A DNA stretch of 32,000 nt from an uncultured Clostridia bacterium (GTDB lineage: Bacteria; Bacillota; Clostridia; Christensenellales; Aristaeellaceae), in assembly GCA_937886445.1 (NCBI GenBank), contig CALGBY010000105.1:2586-34585 (forward strand), given 5' to 3'. The notes under the pieces were generated by a model. It worked only from the letters and a program-made list of their open reading frames with translations, was not told where the DNA came from and made no database searches. Position 1 is the first letter of the stretch. Every line of letters begins with the position of its first letter. The position numbers were made by a program, and so were the translations under genes. Positions 7,229-13,856 of this stretch are shown in pieces.

Positions 7229-8341
7229 TCAGAACCAAACATCCACACGCCAACTGTACATGGCATTATCATGGTTTACCACAAAGCTGTAGCTGTCTCC
7301 CGAAACAGGAAGCGGATGATCCCAATCCGCGGAGTTGTACCACTCATAATGCAGTTCTACTCCCTCGGGCGCGTTGTCAACGACCGCCTGCAGGCATACA
7401 TGCGCTCCGTAGGTCAGAATGCCGTCCTCTTCCAAATTGATCAAAACAATGTGTACATCCAGGTCGATATATCTTACTTCGTAGTCAAGCACGATCGGAT
7501 AACCTTCTTCATCCAAAACCAGGTTTCCGTCTTCATCCATTTTATAGGTGGCGATGATCGCGTATCCTTCCTCCGCCAGAGGGACAGGCATACCCTTCTC
7601 ATCCAGCACCAGCTTTCCGTCTTCATCCAGCAGGAAATCGAAGGGGCGCTTATTGGTCTCTCCGGCTGCGGGGGCTTCCGCTTTCCCATTCAAGGCTTCC
7701 ACCGTCGCTTCCGCCGGTTTGCTGGCCAGCACCTCAGCAGGTTCTTCAGAAGACTCTTCCACGGTCACGGCTTCCACCGTCGCTTCCGCCGGTTCGCTGA
7801 CCAGCACCTCAGCAGATTCCGCAGCCGGTTCTTCAGAAGACGCTTCCGCGGTCACGGCCTCCACCGTCGCTTCCGCCGGTTCGCTGACCAATACCTCAGC
7901 AGGCTCCGCGGCCGGTTCTTCAGAAGGCTCTTCCACGGTCACGGCTTCCACAGTCGCTTCCGCAGGCTCGCTGACCAGCACCTCAGCGGGCTCCGCGGCC
8001 GGTTCTTCAGAAGGTGCTTCCGCGGTCACGGCCTCTACCGCTGCTTCAGCAGATATGGCATCCGGTACCGTGTTGACAGTGATCTCATCCGCGGCTGCTT
8101 CCTCAGCATCGACATCGCACACCGTGAAAGCCTCTTCCGAAACCTCATCCGGCATCGTTTCGTCTATTTCATCCGCGGAGACAGGATCAGCATCGTATGT
8201 GCTTCCGCTGACCTGCACACTTATTGATCCGGACAGAAGCATATCCATATCCTCATCCGTTTCATCAGCTATGGCCAACGCGATCAGTACGACCGTCACC
8301 AGGGCGATGATCACCAGAATTCCTTTGTAATTTTTTTTCAT
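7229..8341 (-). CDS. N-terminally membrane-anchored protein with an acidic Glu/Pro/Ala/Val tandem-repeat linker and a C-terminal globular domain (hypothetical)
   Basis: GGAG lies about 9 nt before the ATG at 8341. The protein starts MKKNYKGILVIIALVTVVLIALAIA, a single TM or signal anchor. About four copies of EPAEATVEAVTVEEPSEEPAAEPAEVLVS follow. Its stop is 58 bp upstream of the adhesin start on the same strand. Confidence 0.8.
   Translation of the reverse strand: MKKNYKGILVIIALVTVVLIALAIADETDEDMDMLLSGSISVQVSGSTYDADPVSADEIDETMPDEVSEEAFTVCDVDAEEAAADEITVNTVPDAISAEAAVEAVTAEAPSEEPAAEPAEVLVSEPAEATVEAVTVEEPSEEPAAEPAEVLVSEPAEATVEAVTAEASSEEPAAESAEVLVSEPAEATVEAVTVEESSEEPAEVLASKPAEATVEALNGKAEAPAAGETNKRPFDFLLDEDGKLVLDEKGMPVPLAEEGYAIIATYKMDEDGNLVLDEEGYPIVLDYEVRYIDLDVHIVLINLEEDGILTYGAHVCLQAVVDNAPEGVELHYEWYNSADWDHPLPVSGDSYSFVVNHDNAMYSWRVDVWF
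7694..8050. repeat. Tandem 87-bp (29-aa) coding repeats, about four units (the first is 75 bp)
   Basis: The unit beginning GGC(T/C)TCCACCGTCGCTTCCGCCGG recurs at 7694, 7769, 7856, 7943 and 8030. Confidence 0.9.
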
Positions 8342-8869
8342 TCAACCCACTCCTTTTTTCTCGGCATCGAAAATACTGAATATGCTGTTATTCACATTCA
8401 TCAACACGGGATCGGCACATATTATCTGCACTTTTCACCGTGGAAAAACATTGTACCGGCAGCAGGCGCATTCGCGTTTTTCCCTCGCTTTTCCTGCTCA
8501 AAAACAGATCCGGGCAGACTTCACCCAAGTCTACATGCAAATTATACACCAAAGCAGTTACATAGTCAGTTACATTTCAAAAAAAGTTTCCGTATCTTCA
8601 ATGTTTTTTTGTTTTCTATCCCATTATTTACCGAAAACCTTTTTTTCCGGTGGCATAGGGTAACAGTCACAAAATCGCACATTATTCCTGCATGCTTTTC
8701 ATTCTCACAGGTTGCTCTTCACATTATGTTTTCATCTTTATGCAGCCGATGAGTTACCCTGCTCTTTTGCTCTGTTACTTTACGCGTAATTCTTTTTTCA
8801 TCCCTTCCTATGGAATATTTTTATAAGATCTGATCTGTTCTGCTCTATTCTGTCCTGTTTGACAGGATC

Positions 8870-8910
8870 AAAAAAGCATGCCTGCACGAGCAAAATGCGG
8901 CATGCTTTTC
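8870..8910 (-). terminator. Rho-independent terminator ending the upstream minus-strand transcript (Cys-rich gene plus ATP-grasp remnant)
   Basis: The hairpin pairs GCATGCCTGCA (8876-8886) with TGCGGCATGC (8896-8905), with one mismatch. On the minus strand the stem is followed by T6, which is the complement of A8870-8875. Confidence 0.75.
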
Positions 8911-9044
8911 CGGTATTCATTTTTCTCTTCTCACAGTTCCTTTATTGTCACATCGTCCGCAGCGGGAATACCGGCGCGGTCTTCCCGCGGCTTGCTGAAC
9001 GCAGCAGGGCCGGTCATCGCGATTTCATTCCGCCTCCGGTCCTG

Positions 9045-9419
9045 TCACAGTTTCAAGCTGCCCGGGTCATATTTGTCGCGTTTTGCGGCCGCTTCCATCA
9101 AAATATCCTCCAACATATCGCCGAAAAGAGGGCCGGACAGTATTTCATAATCGTAAATATCGATACCCTTGAAATCATATTCAATCAGCACTGCCTCGCC
9201 GTTTTTATCCACCGCAAAATCCCAGGCGATGAAACGATGCTTCAACAGCCTTTCATGGGAAGCCCCGGCGATACGCACCATTTCGCCGTACCATGGGATC
9301 ACACAGCCGGCAAATACCCTGCCTGCAGGAGAAGAAAAGGCTTTATCAAACAGGATGTTACAGCCAAAGTCATTCAGGCTGCCGTCCGGCTGAACGGTTA
9401 CATAGTAACCATTCAGCAT
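9045..9419 (-). pseudogene. C-terminal fragment of an ATP-grasp protein (sugar-transfer-associated / alpha-L-glutamate-ligase-related type); probable gene remnant
   Basis: The 124-aa ORF contains ...GCVIPWYGEMVRIAGASHERLLKHRFIAWDFAVDKNGEAVLIEYDF... This resembles the C-terminal third of ATP-grasp enzymes that are about 300 aa long. The N-terminal ATP-binding part is absent in every frame upstream. There is no clear RBS, and the ORF starts 18 nt after the preceding stop codon. Confidence 0.45.
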
Positions 9420-9437
9420 ATCCGGATGAATTGTCCG

Positions 9438-11927
9438 TTACAGGCCGGCCGTCTGTTCCGGCTCCGCCACATTTTCCATTTCATACAGGTCAAAGGGAAC
9501 GGAAACGAACAGATACGCGGAGGTGTCCCGCGCCCCCTCCGGAGCATCGGGATCAAGGCAGAAGATGATGACGATCTCCTCCGTCTGCTGTTCATCCATC
9601 CGGCGCAGCACGTCCGTCACATCTGTAAGGATGACGATCTCATAGCCGTTGATCTCCACCCGCAGGGAACCGATGCCGGAGAGCACCAGATCCCGCATCT
9701 GCTGCCGGGTGAGAAGCATTTCATAGAAGCCGTCCTCGGGCACATTTTCGGGGCGGAATACGCAGACAGGCCGCTGTGCTCCCTCCGGCAGATATACCTC
9801 AGGCAGGCACTCCACTGCTTTACGGTCAATAGCCAGCACATGCCAGGGCAGCAGCAGGGAGCCCCGCAGTGTGAACTCGCTGTTCCCGGAGAGGACGGTC
9901 ACCGCGGCGTTGGAATAATCTTTCCCTTCCCCTGTCAGGGCGTCATTTTCCACAGGTACATCCGTTCCCTGCACATAGCCGCAGGTTTCACATATGCCGT
10001 TAACAAATATATGGTTTACCGTGCTCTTCCCCTTCACAGCGCCGCAAATAACGCACTCATAGCGGAATTCGTGCTGTGTTTCGCTCAGCACCCGGTAACG
10101 GGACTGAAGCTCGCAGGGCCTTATCTCCTCCCGGTCGATCTTGCCGCAGCGGCACTGATAATAATACAGGTGGGGATCAACGGCGCTGCTGTATTCCTCA
10201 AAGCTGTGGATATGCACATACATGCCGCAATAGACGCACTTATCGTTCTCAAAAATGTGCTTTTCAGATACTTTGACCATCTTCTGGCAATAGCGGCAGA
10301 AGAACGTCGCGATGTGTCTTTCATCATCCGCGGCATCATACCCGGCATCCCCCAGCGGTTCATGATTTTTCAGTTCGCAGTAATCCAAACCGCATTCACT
10401 GCAGGTATACACCCACCGGCACATGCGCTTCTGATCATCGGCAAACGCGTAGCTGAACACCAGCTGATGCTCGTGCGGGGCAGGGGCTTCCCTCTCATAG
10501 CCACAGGCAGCGCAGCGCAGCTTCCCGTCCTGTTCCACATAGGTGTGAGGCGCCTCGCAGAATCTGCCCTTGCAATTCTTGCAGTAGTAATAATGCGTTT
10601 CTTCGCGGGGAATAAATGAATAATCCGAACTGTGATGAAGCCTTTTTACCGACGCGTGGCCGCACCGGGTGCATATCCCGGTTTCAATGCAGGTATTGTC
10701 ATCCGAATTTGTATAGGTTTTGTTTGAAACCGTGTGCTCTCCGTTTTCGATCACCGTCCTGCCGCAGATGCTGCACACGCCGGTAAACACATGATGCTCA
10801 TCATCGGAAAGGTTCTCATCGTATACAAGATCCACCTCGTGCGCGTGGCCATCCCGGGCATAACCGCAATCCCTGCATATGCCGGTGGCGGGATCGAAGC
10901 GATGAGGTTCCGGGGTGGGTCTTTCTGACGGCTGGCCGCAGACCGAGCAGAGAAGACACCGGAAATGCTCTGTGGCGCTGCAGGATGTAAATACCGCGTT
11001 TTCATAATCGTTGTTCCTGTGTTCATGATCCGGTACTTTCTTTTCGCCGCACAGGGTGCAAACACCGTATTTCCACTGGTGGGGCTCATTTTGCTCAACA
11101 TAGGAAAAAGAACAGAGGTCACATTTCAAAACTCTGTTGTGAAAGCGTTCTCCGCCAAACAAAGTTCCGGATACATACCGTTCCAAACTGAAGCTGTGCT
11201 GCACAGGTTCCATCCGGATCTCCTTACCGCATTCGGAGCATTGCAGCACCTGCACGCAGAAAGAGTTGTCCACCGTTTCCCGGCGTGCTTCACGGAGAGA
11301 GTGATTTTGGGTCCTTTCCTCCACAGCGCCGCATTGTGAGCAGTGCATGATCACAGTATGCGTATCCTTGCTGTCTGTTTCATAGCAGCCCGCCTGCACC
11401 CACTGATGTGACCGGGATACGCTGTAAACCGTTCCGCACAGGGAGCAGGCAAGCTTTTCCGTATGGCTGTTTTTGTTTTCGTTGGAGTAACTGATATGCA
11501 CCGGATTCGTGTGCGTCTCATGCAGCAGCCTTTCCTCGCCCACATTGCGGCTCAGCTCCGTTCCGCATTTCTCGCAGCAGGTGATCTTCAGCACGGTGTA
11601 GGTAAGATATGCCCCGTCCCACTTATAATCATTCTCTCCCTCCACGGGGATGCTTTCGGTGTGAGTGCTGCTGTGGGGGCAGGCATGGCCGCACTTAGAA
11701 CAGGTGCCGTCAGCAAAGCTGTGCTCCTCCTCATAGCGGCTCAGTTCCATGCCGCAGTCGGGATCGGTGCAGTATTTTGACACCTCATGCGTCCTGTCAT
11801 CAATGGGCGTATAGGCCGCGGCCTCCCGGTGGATGTGATTACTTTCCGTTTCCGCTCCGGCAAGGGTGCAAAGGCACAGCGCAGTAAGGATCAGGAATGA
11901 GAGAAGCAGAATCTTTGTTGATTTCAT
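9438..11927 (-). CDS. Exported Cys/His-rich repeat protein (829 aa): signal peptide, about twenty CxxC(G) dyads in zinc-ribbon-like modules, and a C-terminal non-repeat domain
   Basis: I trimmed the start to the ATG at 11927, where AAGGAG lies 6-7 nt upstream. The signal peptide is MKSTKILLLSFLILTALCLCTLAGA. The recurring module is H..(F/W)..G.C..CG followed by a second C..CG about 15-25 aa later, for example CSKCGH, CEKCGT, CSLCGT, CSQCGA, CSECGK, CTLCGE, CSVCGQ, CRDCGY, CSICGR, CTRCGH, CAACGY, CSECGL, CVYCGM, CVICGA and CETCGY. Confidence 0.85.
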   Translation of the reverse strand: MKSTKILLLSFLILTALCLCTLAGAETESNHIHREAAAYTPIDDRTHEVSKYCTDPDCGMELSRYEEEHSFADGTCSKCGHACPHSSTHTESIPVEGENDYKWDGAYLTYTVLKITCCEKCGTELSRNVGEERLLHETHTNPVHISYSNENKNSHTEKLACSLCGTVYSVSRSHQWVQAGCYETDSKDTHTVIMHCSQCGAVEERTQNHSLREARRETVDNSFCVQVLQCSECGKEIRMEPVQHSFSLERYVSGTLFGGERFHNRVLKCDLCSFSYVEQNEPHQWKYGVCTLCGEKKVPDHEHRNNDYENAVFTSCSATEHFRCLLCSVCGQPSERPTPEPHRFDPATGICRDCGYARDGHAHEVDLVYDENLSDDEHHVFTGVCSICGRTVIENGEHTVSNKTYTNSDDNTCIETGICTRCGHASVKRLHHSSDYSFIPREETHYYYCKNCKGRFCEAPHTYVEQDGKLRCAACGYEREAPAPHEHQLVFSYAFADDQKRMCRWVYTCSECGLDYCELKNHEPLGDAGYDAADDERHIATFFCRYCQKMVKVSEKHIFENDKCVYCGMYVHIHSFEEYSSAVDPHLYYYQCRCGKIDREEIRPCELQSRYRVLSETQHEFRYECVICGAVKGKSTVNHIFVNGICETCGYVQGTDVPVENDALTGEGKDYSNAAVTVLSGNSEFTLRGSLLLPWHVLAIDRKAVECLPEVYLPEGAQRPVCVFRPENVPEDGFYEMLLTRQQMRDLVLSGIGSLRVEINGYEIVILTDVTDVLRRMDEQQTEEIVIIFCLDPDAPEGARDTSAYLFVSVPFDLYEMENVAEPEQTAGL

Positions 11928-12098
11928 AATGAACTCCTTTACGAATACCGGATCAACAGCCGAAAAGAAACAATGACCGCGAAGCACAGCGCACCGTGTT
12001 TCCATCATTAATACGAAAAACACAGGCAAATGGCAACAGCATCCCCGGAATACGCCGCGAACCGCGAATGATCATCAGATATCCGCTGCCGCGGAAGG

Positions 12099-12557
12099 TC
12101 AGGCCAGAGACATCACATAGATCTGGCAGGGGTTTTCCTCTCCCCACAGCTCGGGGATCACTTCAAACTCTCTGAAGCCCAGAGAGCGGTAGAACAGATT
12201 CGTTTTGTCATAATCCTCATAAACGCCCATTTTTACGGTTTTCACCTGCATAAAGGAATAACCCGTCCCGGCAGCCGCCTTCACGGCCTCTTCAAACAAG
12301 GCTCTGCCGAGACCCCTGCGATGGTACTCCCGGAGCACGCCCATCACGGCCAGCTCCACGGTATCCTTTCCCGTTTCCTTCAGGCACAGAAAACCCGCGT
12401 ATCCGCCGTCTTCCTCAGCCGCGAAAAAATCCCAGCCGGCTGAGTCCCGTATATAGCCCTCGCGGCTTTCATCCACCTCAAACCAGTCCCGCAGTGCCTC
12501 CAGTACTCTTCGGGCAATAGCCTTTTTCTCTTCCACGTCAGTGATCCGCCTGATCAT
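12099..12557 (-). CDS. GNAT family N-acetyltransferase (152 aa)
   Basis: I trimmed the start to the ATG at 12557, preceded by AGGAGGG with a 5-nt spacing. The acetyl-CoA binding core VLREYHRRGLGRALFEEA matches the Q/RxxGxG/A motif, with the typical GNAT fold pattern around it. Confidence 0.85.
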   Translation of the reverse strand: MIRRITDVEEKKAIARRVLEALRDWFEVDESREGYIRDSAGWDFFAAEEDGGYAGFLCLKETGKDTVELAVMGVLREYHRRGLGRALFEEAVKAAAGTGYSFMQVKTVKMGVYEDYDKTNLFYRSLGFREFEVIPELWGEENPCQIYVMSLA

Positions 12558-12896
12558 GATATCCCTCCTGATCGATCTTTGCCTGTGCCCGGGCGTTCCT
12601 TTCGCCGCAGGCAGTATATCCTGTACGCGCCGTGTGATATCATACCGTAAGCCCGGTATGCACAGATAGTATACCATTTCGCGCGGTGCTTTACAATCAC
12701 CCCTGGTTTTCCGGGCAGGCCAAACGCCCGCGCACATGATGTTCCGCCCGAAGCTCCGAGGGCAGGATATGAAACAGCGTGGCTGTGTCTGAAGAATGGA
12801 ATGCCGCTCCGGCGCTTGAAAAGCGGTGAAAAACGCGCTACAATGTGTTCAGGCCGGCGGTGACACCTACGGCCAATGACGGAGGAATATGAAAGC

Positions 12897-13532
12897 ATGA
12901 AGCAGGATGAACAGCCGGCCGGTTTTCCGGAGGCGATCAGAAAATATACGGATCAGTATCTGCTGACACTCATTACCGAGGCCCAGACAAGCGGGGATGC
13001 CGTGTACCGGGCGGGAGATAAGTACATACTGAAGATCTCGTCGGATCCCGAAAGGCTTTCGCGGGAGCGCAGGGTGAACGATTTTCTGCAGGGAAAGGTG
13101 CCGGCATCCGAAACGGTGGCCTACTGTGAGGAGGGCGGCCTCTGCTATTATCTGAAGACCTGTGTCCAAGGGGAACCGATCCTGCACGAGCACCTTTCAG
13201 ACCCTGTGAAGGCGGCGGAATATCTGGCGGACGCCATGAAAATGTATCACAGCATCGATATTACCGGCTGCGATATTCATAATCCCGATTCGGAGGGGAA
13301 TTGCTTCGTGCACGGCGATTTCTGCCTTCCCAATATCCTGGTGAAGGACGGAAAGGTGAGCGGCTTTATCGATACCGAGGCCTCCGGCATCGGCGACCCG
13401 TGGATGGATTATGCCTGGTGCATCTGGTCCTATGAATACAACCTCGGCACCGACCGGTATACGCCCGTCCTGCTGGAAAAACTGGGGATCACCTTTGACA
13501 GGGAAAAATTTGATCGCTATTTGCAAATCTGA
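12897..13532 (+). CDS. Aminoglycoside/antibiotic phosphotransferase (APH)-family kinase, short form
   Basis: It has the catalytic loop HGDFCLPNIL and the activation segment GFIDTEASGIGDPWMDYA, both typical of the APH(3')-like family. I chose the ATG at 12897, downstream of GGAGG at 12881-12885. The alternative ATG at 12876 has no RBS. Confidence 0.8.
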   Translation: MKQDEQPAGFPEAIRKYTDQYLLTLITEAQTSGDAVYRAGDKYILKISSDPERLSRERRVNDFLQGKVPASETVAYCEEGGLCYYLKTCVQGEPILHEHLSDPVKAAEYLADAMKMYHSIDITGCDIHNPDSEGNCFVHGDFCLPNILVKDGKVSGFIDTEASGIGDPWMDYAWCIWSYEYNLGTDRYTPVLLEKLGITFDREKFDRYLQI

Positions 13533-13586
13533 CCGTGTTTGCTCCGGCCTCCCGGCAGAGTATTCCCGTGCCTGAACAGAAAATGA

Positions 13587-13627
13587 AAACCCGCTTGCCA
13601 ATGGACCGGCAGGCGGGCTTTGTTTTT
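13587..13627 (+). terminator. Rho-independent terminator after the APH-family gene
   Basis: CCCGCTTGCC (13590-13599) pairs with GGCAGGCGGG (13609-13618), including one G-U pair. It is followed by CTTTGTTTTT. Confidence 0.7.
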
Positions 13628-13702
13628 CGCGGCGGCAGCTTGATGAGCGGGAAAATACTTGTCCGAAGGCCGGAAGGATTGTGTTGGAGGAGATTTTTAC
13701 AT

Positions 13703-13732
13703 TTGCCAATGCAGGCGGAAAAATGGTATAAT
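13703..13732 (+). promoter_or_regulatory. Candidate promoter of the glycoside hydrolase operon
   Basis: TTGCCA (13703-13708), an 18-nt spacer, and an extended -10 TGgTATAAT (TATAAT at 13727-13732). This implies a GC-rich leader of about 115 nt before the ATG at 13857. Confidence 0.55.
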
Positions 13733-13856
13733 AGATCATCAATCACACGCGCGTGCTCCTGCCGCGACCGGGAGACGCGCTGTATCTGCAGACCGCGAAA
13801 ATTCCGGGCCGGTGCCGCGTGTACGGCCGCAGACGGAAGGCAAAGGATGTGAGCTT

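Noticed and set aside
7124-8330. Plus-strand ORFs 7124-8227 (367 aa) and 7548-8330 (260 aa).
   Set aside because: They are shadow ORFs of the acidic-repeat gene. Their Arg/Phe/His-rich or Ser/Ala-rich repetitive translations come from reading the 87-bp repeats on the wrong strand or frame.
8859-10619. A 586-aa plus-strand ORF and several smaller ORFs overlapping the Cys-rich gene and the ATP-grasp remnant.
   Set aside because: It is antisense to a gene with an RBS, a signal peptide and a coherent repeat architecture. It has no recognisable domains and it spans a terminator hairpin.
11928-12029. 5' extensions of track ORFs at 11928-12029. The same applies at 1733-1768, 12558-12737, 13659-13856, 15983-16036, 19239-19301 and 29191-29196.
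   Set aside because: In each case an internal start codon has a properly spaced AGGAGG-type RBS. It also begins the conserved N-terminus or signal peptide, and the extension has no RBS or overlaps promoter or terminator sequence.
12099-13532. The divergent GNAT and APH-family pair as a toxin-antitoxin or resistance cassette.
   Set aside because: There is no small antitoxin-like partner (RHH, HTH or DUF1778). The genes are divergent rather than co-transcribed, and no mobile-element context is present. Both are common stand-alone housekeeping-type paralogues in Firmicutes.
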